Source: a virus
Taxonomy: Duplodnaviria; Caudoviricetes
Length of the DNA stretch: 62,241 nt
Strand: one strand, 5' to 3'
Virus record (IMG/VR): IMGVR_UViG_3300031857_000175
Coordinates: 1 to 62,241 of that record
A program made the position numbers and the translations under genes. This document shows, piece by piece, positions 54,470-62,241 of the stretch. Within the stretch, counting starts at the first letter, position 1. Each line of letters begins with the position of its first letter. The notes beneath the pieces were generated by a model. It ran no database searches, was not told where the DNA came from, and worked only from the letters and a program-made list of their open reading frames with translations.

Positions 54470-55522
54470 TCAGACAGTCCCCTTGAGGTAGCCAAGGACC
54501 CGTTCCATGACTTCCTTCTGGAGCTCAGCAGGGACCTTGGCGGTAACCTGCTCGTACACGACCTTATCAATAAGATGATCACTTCGCAGCTGAACAGCCG
54601 CTTCAGTGACCTTCGAGCTCGTGACCTTAGCACGATTCTGAATAAAGTTGCTGCAAGGAGCAGCCTCACCGTACTCACCGTCAAACTTTACAAAAGGCTC
54701 GCAGCCGCTGAGCTCGCATTGCGCGATGAACTCGTCAGCCACACCCCGGCTCTCAGTGCGAAGGAAGCGCGGTCCAGACACGACCTTGAGGTTAGCCTTG
54801 AGCCCCTGCGCGTCCTTCTTGAAGAGCCACACGCTGCCGTACCCAAAGCCCTGATTATCGAACCCAGTGGGCGCAAGCGCTCCGATCTGGATAGTCCGGT
54901 TACCCGTGACCCTGGACGATACGGTAGCTTCAGTGACGTGCTTACCGTCGATCCAGCAGACCCGGGTGTGCCAGTCACCGGAGAACACGAAGGGCACGGC
55001 CTGCTTCGTCTGCCAGTTGTTCAGCTTGTGGATGTCGAGCGTCTTTTCAGAAAGCAGGTACGCAGGCGTGCTGCCATCTGAAATTCCCGCGTGAGCGATC
55101 GCAGCGTCTGCGCGGTTGATCTCTTGGTCCGGCAGGTGGGCCGGGTACGGGCACAGAAGCACCCGCAGGTTCTCCACGTTGATGTACGTCGCCTCAGTCA
55201 CGAGCTCGACCAAAGGGTTGGCGCAGAGCGGACTAAAGGCGAAGTCGTACTCCAAGCTGGAGTTGTGATCGTGGTTGCCCATCATGATGTACGTGGGCGT
55301 AGAACGCCCGCGCAGGAGGGCAGCTACCTGTCCTACCTGCGCGGGCGGGGGCGACGACTTATCGAACAAATCTCCGGCGATCACCACGGCTTCGCGCGGA
55401 TGGTCATCAAGCACCTGCTTCAGGACCTGAAGCGTCTGCATGAACCGCGCGTTGACGCCGCCCATGACGGCGCCACCATTCTGCTTATGGTTCCCGAGGT
55501 GAACGTCGGAGATAATCAGCAT
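54470..55522 (-). CDS. Mre11/SbcD-like metallophosphoesterase nuclease
   Basis: ISDVHLG, AGDLFD, GNHD, AH, SGDWH; ATG overlaps the recA end. Confidence 0.88.
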   Translation of the reverse strand: MLIISDVHLGNHKQNGGAVMGGVNARFMQTLQVLKQVLDDHPREAVVIAGDLFDKSSPPPAQVGQVAALLRGRSTPTYIMMGNHDHNSSLEYDFAFSPLCANPLVELVTEATYINVENLRVLLCPYPAHLPDQEINRADAAIAHAGISDGSTPAYLLSEKTLDIHKLNNWQTKQAVPFVFSGDWHTRVCWIDGKHVTEATVSSRVTGNRTIQIGALAPTGFDNQGFGYGSVWLFKKDAQGLKANLKVVSGPRFLRTESRGVADEFIAQCELSGCEPFVKFDGEYGEAAPCSNFIQNRAKVTSSKVTEAAVQLRSDHLIDKVVYEQVTAKVPAELQKEVMERVLGYLKGTV

Positions 55523-56442
55523 GTCAGTTCTTCCTGAATCGCTGCGATGTCGGCGTCGCTTAGTGCGGCCAAGGCCGTCGGACGACCCTGACCTAGCTTC
55601 CGGTCTCCGATTGAAAACCAAGAGCCGGAGCGTTTGACCTTACCCTGCTCGACGGCGATGTCGAACACGGTGCCTCGGTTGTCGTAACCGAGGCTGTAGA
55701 CCAGCTCCACGTCCATCTGACGGTAGGGCTCGGCCATCTTGTTCTTGACCGCCTTGACTCGAACGGTGTTCGAGATCGGCTTGTCGTTCGTGTCTTTGTT
55801 GGTCGAGATACGAGTGACCTCAACGCGCATGGACGTGTAGAACCGGAGGGCGTTGCCACCAGGCGTAGTGTTCGGCGAGCCAAAGGTCACGCCGATCTTC
55901 TGCCTGAGCTGGTTGGTGAAGATGACGCAGGTACCCGTCGACGACGCCACGCCAGCCACCTTGCGGAGGCCAGTCGAGAGCAGGCGAGCCTGCAACCCGA
56001 CCGTGTGCTCCCCAGCGGACTTCTCGAGCTCAGCGAGCGGCGTCAGCGCTGCTGCGCTGTCGACGACGATGATCCCGTAATCCCCCGAGACGCACTCGTG
56101 GTAGAGCGTATCGATGGCGTCCTCAGCCGAGGACGGCTGATAGACGGCGAGCTTGTCACGCTGGCACCCGAGCTGAATAGCCCGCTCAGGCTCAAGCGCG
56201 TGCTCTGCGTCGATAAAGAGAGCGGCCTTGCCCATCTTGTTAGCCTGGGCACAGGCCTGAAGAACGAGGGTAGTCTTGCCGCCAGACTCCGCACCGAAGA
56301 CTTCGGAAATGCGACCGCAAGGAAACCCTCCAATACGGAGGGCTCCCTTGTCGATAGCCCAGTTGCCCGTCGGGATGACGGGCACCTGGCTAACCTCAAC
56401 CTGCGAGAGGAACTGCGGCCGTTCACGCTTTGGAGCGGCCAT
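55516..56442 (-). CDS. recA: Recombinase A
   Basis: GRISEVFGAESGGKTT, FIDAEHAL, IVVDSAAAL, VGLQARL, FTNQLRQKIGVTFGSP, TTPGGNALRFY. Confidence 0.97.
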   Translation of the reverse strand: MAAPKRERPQFLSQVEVSQVPVIPTGNWAIDKGALRIGGFPCGRISEVFGAESGGKTTLVLQACAQANKMGKAALFIDAEHALEPERAIQLGCQRDKLAVYQPSSAEDAIDTLYHECVSGDYGIIVVDSAAALTPLAELEKSAGEHTVGLQARLLSTGLRKVAGVASSTGTCVIFTNQLRQKIGVTFGSPNTTPGGNALRFYTSMRVEVTRISTNKDTNDKPISNTVRVKAVKNKMAEPYRQMDVELVYSLGYDNRGTVFDIAVEQGKVKRSGSWFSIGDRKLGQGRPTALAALSDADIAAIQEELTC

Positions 56443-56450
56443 GTGTTACC

Positions 56451-57194
56451 TCAGCGGGGCAGATTGTGGGTCGAACGGTTACCGAGGGCCTTACCGCCAC
56501 GGGACGGCGCAGGGGTGAGGTGCGCGAGCTTGGCCTCTATCGAGTGATAGGGCTCAAACACGAGCTTCTCGGCTGCGATGTCGGGAATGGCACGGTAGGT
56601 CAGCCAGTCACTGTTGAACGGGCCAGCCTGACGCGGGTCAGCCTGAACCGAGTACGAGGTCTTCGGACCCTCGATGGTCTTGATGATGTGGACCTCGTAG
56701 CCGTTCTTCGCCGAGGCATAGTTGCCGTAGAGCGAGAAGAGGCCGGTCGAGGGGTCATCAGCCTTGCCGTTGAGAGCCTCGTAGATCGTCTTCGTGCAGG
56801 AGAGCATCTGAGCGCCGAGGCTCGGATTCTTCATGTCGACGACGAGCGCGACCCAGCGCTTCGACGGGTACATCTCGTCAGCGAGATCGAGCATACCAGC
56901 CGCCTTGAGCTGGGAAGCCTTGTCGCAGACAGGGCAGTCCTCGCCCATGTGAGCCTTGCGGCACGCCACGGGGAAGCGCTTGCCCTCGACGTTGGTGCAC
57001 CAGTGCTCGACGACCTGCTGGAACAGCGGGCGGTCCTTCATCTTGGGGACGAAGCGAACGATGTTGCGACCCTTCTCCAGACGCAGGTTGGAGGAGTAGG
57101 TACGCGGAACTTCGATCTCAGGGTTCTCAAGGGCGGCGGTGGTGGGGTCGTACTCTTCGAACTGAAAGTCAGGAACAGCAATAATGTCACGCAT
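56451..57194 (-). CDS. gp32-like single-stranded DNA-binding protein
   Basis: GRNIVRFVP...EHW...C...DCPVC...KRW...G.KTSYSV; clustered with recA and the UvsY-like gene. Confidence 0.75.
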   Translation of the reverse strand: MRDIIAVPDFQFEEYDPTTAALENPEIEVPRTYSSNLRLEKGRNIVRFVPKMKDRPLFQQVVEHWCTNVEGKRFPVACRKAHMGEDCPVCDKASQLKAAGMLDLADEMYPSKRWVALVVDMKNPSLGAQMLSCTKTIYEALNGKADDPSTGLFSLYGNYASAKNGYEVHIIKTIEGPKTSYSVQADPRQAGPFNSDWLTYRAIPDIAAEKLVFEPYHSIEAKLAHLTPAPSRGGKALGNRSTHNLPR

Positions 57195-57220
57195 GTGAAT
57201 ACCTCAGGTGGTGAAAAGGA

Positions 57221-57613
57221 TCAAAGGCCCGCGTCGATCTGCTTCTTGACGTAGGAGGTGAGCACCTTCATGCCCATCGCCCGGTCAGCGAGTGAGTCCA
57301 GCTCGGCCTTCATGAGCTGATACTCGCATTCTGCTTCGATGTACAGCTCCTCGGCGAAGACGACGTCCGGGTGCGTCGTGACCATCGCGTTGAGCGTGGC
57401 TTCCGTAGGCTTAGAGCCAGACATGGTCATCTCCTCGCGGAGAGCCAGGTAGGTGCGAGCCTCGGCCTGCTTCAGGTCCCGCTTGGTACGCAGCGACTTG
57501 GCCTTGGCCTCGGCGTGCTTGTAGGCGGCCGACGCAACCTCGGCGGTAGCGCGAGGAGTGAGCTCAACAACTTGGTCAAGGTCGAAAAGGTAGCGCTCGT
57601 CAGCTTCAAACAT
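57221..57613 (-). CDS. UvsY-like recombination mediator
   Basis: 130-aa helical protein with KPTEATLNAMVTTHPD pattern, adjacent to the SSB. Confidence 0.6.
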   Translation of the reverse strand: MFEADERYLFDLDQVVELTPRATAEVASAAYKHAEAKAKSLRTKRDLKQAEARTYLALREEMTMSGSKPTEATLNAMVTTHPDVVFAEELYIEAECEYQLMKAELDSLADRAMGMKVLTSYVKKQIDAGL

Positions 57614-57621
57614 TGTGAACC

Positions 57622-60279
57622 TCAGAAGGGTTGCAGGTTACCCCAAGTGAATCCGTATTCGAAGTCAGCTTTCAGGGTCAGGGGTCCGACCTTCTGTGCG
57701 GTCATACACCGCTCCATCAGGTCTTTTACTTCATCGCGGTACTTGCTCTTGCACTCGACTAGAATCGAGTCGTGAACTGAGAGCACTATACGTGCAGGAA
57801 GCTTCTTGTCTAGTAGTTCCTGTTCGATTTTTACACAAGCTGATAGACAGATATCAGAAGCCCAGCCCTGAATTGGTGAATTTTGTGATCCACGCTCTGC
57901 ACCACCACGCCTGTAGTCGTGATAGCCGATGGACGGGAGCTCGCGCCGGCGAGCCGGCTTGCCGTCCCACGGGATCCAAACTTCGCCCGTAAGCTGGGTC
58001 TTGATGCGCGCGTCTTCCATGGTCCGCACTAGGCCAGCGAACGCCTTCTCGAAGCCCTCTACGAGCTTCTCTGCGGCCGGCAGGGCGATGCCAAGGGTAG
58101 AGCTCAGGCCCTTCGCCGAGGACTTATAGATGGCGGCGAAGTTGGCGGTCTTAGCTTGGTTACGGTAGGGCGACTCCTTACCCGCAGCCTTCTGCTCCCT
58201 GATGATGCGAAGGCACTCCTCGCTCGTGATGCCCCAAGCATCAGGCGCGATCTTGGCCGCCGTCATGGCGTGGAAGTCAGCTCCGCTCAGCAGGATAGAG
58301 AGCATCTCTTGGTCCATTGACCAAGCTGCTGCGATGTAGATTTCGAGCGTCTTGTAGTCAGCCTGGATAATAATCCAGTCGTCGTCGTGCCAGTCATTAC
58401 CGAACGTGCGGCCGTCAGCCTGGAACAGGTTCTTCACGACCTTTGCGTCAGGACCGCCCTTAGACGGGATGGTCTGAGCCGCCGGCTCAGTCATCGACAG
58501 ACGACCCGACCGAGCGCCGACGATGTCAGCCCTCGGGTGTACGCGCCCGTCTTTGCCGATGTAGTTCGGCAGGGTCGTGACGTAGCTGCCGTACAGCTTG
58601 ACTAGCTTTCGCCAAGCCAAGAGGTTGTCGATGAGCGGGTCACCCTTCAGGAGCTCTAGAGCCTTCTGGTCAGTCGAGATAGCCCCAGTTTCAGTACGTC
58701 GAATCATGTCAGGGGCAGCGACAGCCTGGATGTAGTCGCCCACGCTCGCGTTGCTCGACGGGCTGACACCGCTGTTCTTGAGAACGATGTCGAGCTCTGA
58801 GATGCGCGAGCCGAAGTAGTGCCCGGCCTGCCTGATCGAGTCACGAGAGATGTAGAGCCCGACGCGGGACATGCGCCCGAGGAAGCCGTACGCCGGGTAG
58901 ATGAGGCGTTTGCCGTGCTCCCGGACAGGCTGGTACTGGTCGAGCTCCTTCTGCTGGTGCTCGTGGACTGCCAAGGTGACCCACGAGTCGCGCGCGGCGT
59001 AGCGGTGCAGGACGTCAGGGTCGATCCCGCGATACATGTACGCCTTCTTGCGCTTCTTCAGGTACTTCTCGCGGTCGGCCGTGGTCTCGGACTCTTCTTC
59101 ACTCAGCAGGCCACGGGCCGCCTCTTGGATAATCTCCGCTTGGTCCATGTCCTTCTGGGCAGCGTCCATCTCACGCTTGGGAGACGGGATGCCGACATGG
59201 AAGGCTAGCTGAGCCAGGCTAGCGTCGCACTCACCGTGGATGAGCTTGGCGTTGACGCGCGTGTCCCAAGCGATCGGACCAGGTCGGAAGGCAAAGCGCG
59301 GGTCTACGTCAAAGGCCGTGATGTCGTAGTCGATGTTCTGGCCGCCGTACTGGATGTGCGGCTGCGTCAGAGCCTTCCTGAGCCACTTGCGGACCTCAGG
59401 GCTCTCCAAAGACTTCTCGTCAAAGACGAGCGTTGGGTCCTCGCTGCGCAGGGACTTCGTCATCGTCACCTCGACGATCATGAAGTCCTTCTGGTGCTGA
59501 AGCCCGTAGGTCTCGGTGTCGAACGAGATGATCTTGGCGTCTTCCAACCACTCGTCCGCCCAGTCTAGCTCGTACGGGCTGACGAGAACGGCGTGCGCCT
59601 TCGGCAGGTCGTTCTTCTTGGGATTGCGGTGCAGGTCGAGCAGCAAGCCGACCTCGTTGGAGAAGTGGCGGTGGAACATCTCGTTCATCAGCACGTCGCT
59701 AGCGCGGTGTGTGCCGACGATAGGAATCCGCCGCTTGAGGTTGGTGCTGTACACGTTAAAGTACGAGCCCCGATTCGAATAGGTGGCGATGGGGAAGCCG
59801 GCGAACGACTTGGCTGCCTGGCTTCCCATCAGCAGGACCATCTCAGGCTTGAAGGTATCCCACGAGTGCGAGAGATACGGGCGACAAGCCGAGATGTCGG
59901 AGTCCTTTAGCGGTGCGCCTCCGCGCGGGCTCAGCGTCCCGCAGCGGAAGGCGAAGTCGTAAAGGATGTGACCCTCGTAGCCGAGGTTACGGATCGTCGA
60001 GGTGACGATCCGCTCCGTAGGTACGTCGAGGGTCGACTGCGAGAGCACGACGAGCATGCGCTCGGCAGTCGTTCCCCGCACGAGGCGGGGCTTGGCAATG
60101 GTCGGCCCCTCCCTCAGATCACAACGCTTGCACAGGTTGCAGCCGTCACCCTTGGTCTGCATGACCTTAGAGCGCCCGCTCGCTGTCCATTTCCGGTCTA
60201 CGCTGCTCTCCCGAGGATTAAACGGGAAGGCTTCGTCAACCGCGATGGTGTCGAGGTAATCTGGGAAGAGGTCGATCAT
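57622..60279 (-). CDS. Family A DNA polymerase with N-terminal UDG-like Fe-S domain and 3'-5' exonuclease
   Basis: CKRC...FRC...CRPYL; SFDTET; NIDYD; YAARD; SGRLS; ADYKTLE; RNQAKTANFAAIY; NSPIQG; VHDSI. Confidence 0.95.
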   Translation of the reverse strand: MIDLFPDYLDTIAVDEAFPFNPRESSVDRKWTASGRSKVMQTKGDGCNLCKRCDLREGPTIAKPRLVRGTTAERMLVVLSQSTLDVPTERIVTSTIRNLGYEGHILYDFAFRCGTLSPRGGAPLKDSDISACRPYLSHSWDTFKPEMVLLMGSQAAKSFAGFPIATYSNRGSYFNVYSTNLKRRIPIVGTHRASDVLMNEMFHRHFSNEVGLLLDLHRNPKKNDLPKAHAVLVSPYELDWADEWLEDAKIISFDTETYGLQHQKDFMIVEVTMTKSLRSEDPTLVFDEKSLESPEVRKWLRKALTQPHIQYGGQNIDYDITAFDVDPRFAFRPGPIAWDTRVNAKLIHGECDASLAQLAFHVGIPSPKREMDAAQKDMDQAEIIQEAARGLLSEEESETTADREKYLKKRKKAYMYRGIDPDVLHRYAARDSWVTLAVHEHQQKELDQYQPVREHGKRLIYPAYGFLGRMSRVGLYISRDSIRQAGHYFGSRISELDIVLKNSGVSPSSNASVGDYIQAVAAPDMIRRTETGAISTDQKALELLKGDPLIDNLLAWRKLVKLYGSYVTTLPNYIGKDGRVHPRADIVGARSGRLSMTEPAAQTIPSKGGPDAKVVKNLFQADGRTFGNDWHDDDWIIIQADYKTLEIYIAAAWSMDQEMLSILLSGADFHAMTAAKIAPDAWGITSEECLRIIREQKAAGKESPYRNQAKTANFAAIYKSSAKGLSSTLGIALPAAEKLVEGFEKAFAGLVRTMEDARIKTQLTGEVWIPWDGKPARRRELPSIGYHDYRRGGAERGSQNSPIQGWASDICLSACVKIEQELLDKKLPARIVLSVHDSILVECKSKYRDEVKDLMERCMTAQKVGPLTLKADFEYGFTWGNLQPF

Positions 60280-60280
60280 C

Positions 60281-61156
60281 TTAGAACTTCCCCTGAACGA
60301 ACTTGCGGATGGTGTTCTCGCCCGGGTTCGCCTTCGGGAACGCCTTGAACTTGCCGGCGTTTTCGAGGATGAACGTGGTCACGTCGTCAATCGAGGCGCC
60401 CTGCTGCTTCAGGTAGGCGATCGCGTCTTCCATCGCGACGCCAATCTTCGGCGTCTCGTAGATCTGCGGGTCCATCCGGAAGTCCTTGGTCAGAATCTTC
60501 CGCTCGGGAACGTCGCTCGTCAGAGCTGCGAGCCCCTCTTCGACCTCACGCTCCTCTTCCTCGACAGTCGGCGTGATGCTGAACTGCACCTTGGGTGCAG
60601 GCGCCTTCACCGCCTCCTCGTCGTTGTCCGTCCCGACCTCAGAACCCTCGTCCTCGTCGAACTCGATCGGAACCATGCGCGAGGTCGTCGGCAGGTTCGC
60701 ACCACCCGAGATGACGTGCGCGTGCCCAGCCGGAATTTCCCGAACCTCAGGACGCTTGGACGGACCGGTGTCAGGGGCGTCCGCGAGCTTCTTCGGGCGA
60801 CCGCGCTTCTTCTTCTCACCCTCAGGCTCGGTCGCCGGCAGGACAAAGTCGCGCGGCTTCGCGGCGGGTGCGGGCTCGGCAACGGGTGCAGGCGCGACGT
60901 TGTTGTCAATGTGAACGATCGGGTCGGGGATGACGAAGCGCATGCCACCCAGAGCGGGCGTAACGCTGACGAACGCGTCGACCTGCTTCACAGGCTCGAC
61001 AGCCTTGATCTCAGGCTTGGTCTGAGGAGCAGGTGCGACCTCGGGTGCGGGTGCAGGTGCGGGAGTAGCAGAGGTAGCAGGAGCCTGTGCGCGGCTAACG
61101 AAAGCCGCGAAGGCGGCCATCTCTTCGAGGGAGTCGAACTGTACGCTGATGTTCAT
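60281..61156 (-). CDS. Hypothetical low-complexity protein with AT-hook-like motif
   Basis: Pro/Ala- and Glu-rich linkers; KKKRGRPKK. Confidence 0.65.
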   Translation of the reverse strand: MNISVQFDSLEEMAAFAAFVSRAQAPATSATPAPAPAPEVAPAPQTKPEIKAVEPVKQVDAFVSVTPALGGMRFVIPDPIVHIDNNVAPAPVAEPAPAAKPRDFVLPATEPEGEKKKRGRPKKLADAPDTGPSKRPEVREIPAGHAHVISGGANLPTTSRMVPIEFDEDEGSEVGTDNDEEAVKAPAPKVQFSITPTVEEEEREVEEGLAALTSDVPERKILTKDFRMDPQIYETPKIGVAMEDAIAYLKQQGASIDDVTTFILENAGKFKAFPKANPGENTIRKFVQGKF

Positions 61157-61995
61157 GGTTGATTACTCGCTTGTTGAATTGCCTGCAGGAACTCTTCGTG
61201 ACTCGCATCCCCGGGATCTTTCCCTGGTGCGACTGGGACATAGATGGCATCGACGCCACCTACTCTGAGTAGTGTAGCTAACGCCCAGCTTTCTGCTTTC
61301 GCGTCGCCGTCGAGCATTACGTACACACGCTTTCTACAAGAAGCTAGTAGTTTTTTGTGCTCGTGTGATGGTTTTCCTAATACCGCGACAGTGTGCGGGT
61401 AGTGAGGTAGTGCGTCGAAGACGCCCTCCACCACTACGATAGGATCGTCATCCCACAGCCTGTCCTTGTTGAACATGCTGATCTCGCGCTTGAAGCCCTT
61501 CTGGTATCGGTACGAGCGGTCGACAATGTTACGGGCGACGAACCCGCTGAGGTTGGGGCCATCCCACAACGGCACAACGATGCAGTCCCGGTAGAAGCCG
61601 AACTGGCAGTAGCCGATCCCGCAGTCGACGATTGTCTCAGGATGCACGCCTCGCCCTGTGACGTAGTTCCAGAACCTGATGTCCGTGCCCGCGACGGGCC
61701 TTTCGCTCAGGGGCTGAAACTCGTCTGGCAAGGTGATCGTAGGCTTAGGAATCTCCGACAAGGGGTTGTCGACGGGCGGTACGTACCACTCCTTCGCCTT
61801 GCTGCGCTTGTAGAACCCTTTCTCTTGGCAACGGTGGCAGTAGAAGTAGCCGGTCTTGAGGGCGACCGACATGTTGCGCTTTGACGTGTTCTCGTGCCCG
61901 CACCACGGGCACCCGACGCGAATCCAGTCGCGGTCGTCCCCGCCGTGCTCCTCCACGAAGCTTTCGACGATGTCAGCGATGAGCGACTTACTCAT
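61153..61995 (-). CDS. DNA primase (Zn finger + TOPRIM)
   Basis: CPWC...YCHRC; VVVEGVFDA; MLDGDA; KDPGD. Confidence 0.92.
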   Translation of the reverse strand: MSKSLIADIVESFVEEHGGDDRDWIRVGCPWCGHENTSKRNMSVALKTGYFYCHRCQEKGFYKRSKAKEWYVPPVDNPLSEIPKPTITLPDEFQPLSERPVAGTDIRFWNYVTGRGVHPETIVDCGIGYCQFGFYRDCIVVPLWDGPNLSGFVARNIVDRSYRYQKGFKREISMFNKDRLWDDDPIVVVEGVFDALPHYPHTVAVLGKPSHEHKKLLASCRKRVYVMLDGDAKAESWALATLLRVGGVDAIYVPVAPGKDPGDASHEEFLQAIQQASNQP

Positions 61996-62239
61996 CCTCG
62001 AACTCCCACTTCGTGCTGCCGGTGTAGGTAGTGGCTGGAATCTCTAGCTCCTTCGAGACGGGGATGTGGATGAAGTAAGGGTTAGGGAGCACGCACCCGT
62101 AGCTAGAGTTGAACGTGAACGAGGGCGTTCGCTTACGGGGCTGCCCAGTACGGAACTTGGCCAAGTAGGCGTAGACCGCCTCACTGCCGTCGTCCTTAGC
62201 TTCGATGTTGACCGAGATGACGTTGTCGGAGACGCGGGA
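61988..62239 (-). CDS. DnaB-like replicative helicase, C-terminal fragment (5' end outside the window)
   Basis: Own translation: SRVSDNVISVNIE...YAYLAKFRTG...FEDE*, resembling the DnaB H4/Arg-finger region; overlaps the primase start. Confidence 0.7.
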   Translation of the reverse strand, partial: SRVSDNVISVNIEAKDDGSEAVYAYLAKFRTGQPRKRTPSFTFNSSYGCVLPNPYFIHIPVSKELEIPATTYTGSTKWEFEDE

Positions 62240-62241
62240 CT

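Noticed and set aside
57622-60279. Intron or intein in the polymerase, RecA or helicase
   Set aside because: All are continuous, of normal length, with motifs in normal spacing; no intein termini seen.
1-62241. tRNA, rRNA, integrase or terminase genes
   Set aside because: None recognised. Intergenic gaps are short and lack tRNA cloverleaf signatures; terminase presumably lies outside the window.

Overview
The window is part of a large, GC-rich (about 60% by eye) contractile-tailed phage genome. On the + strand, 1-51345 is a late operon. It carries a head polyprotein, portal, prohead protease, scaffold, major capsid, neck, sheath, tube, tail chaperone (apparent +1 frameshift), tape measure, baseplate, a 16-kb fibre/adhesin region and a lysis cassette. 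Portal, capsid and gene order resemble SPO1/Twort-like (Herelleviridae) phages. On the - strand, 52264-62241 holds a converging replication/recombination operon: DnaB-like helicase, primase, family A polymerase with a UDG-like domain, UvsY-like, gp32-like SSB, RecA, Mre11/SbcD-like, RuvC-like and an SF2 helicase. The most novel signal is an apparent modular branched fibre. A 1682-aa protein of about 60 short repeats carries four copies of a domain resembling the C-terminal cap of autotransporter-type beta-helices. Three adjacent autotransporter-repeat proteins lack a barrel and all stop where that cap should begin. The second signal is a cassette encoding an HNH nuclease and a 67%-acidic protein, bounded by an exact 13-bp direct repeat at the junction of the two operons. 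All functional calls come from motif recognition by eye; no searches were run.
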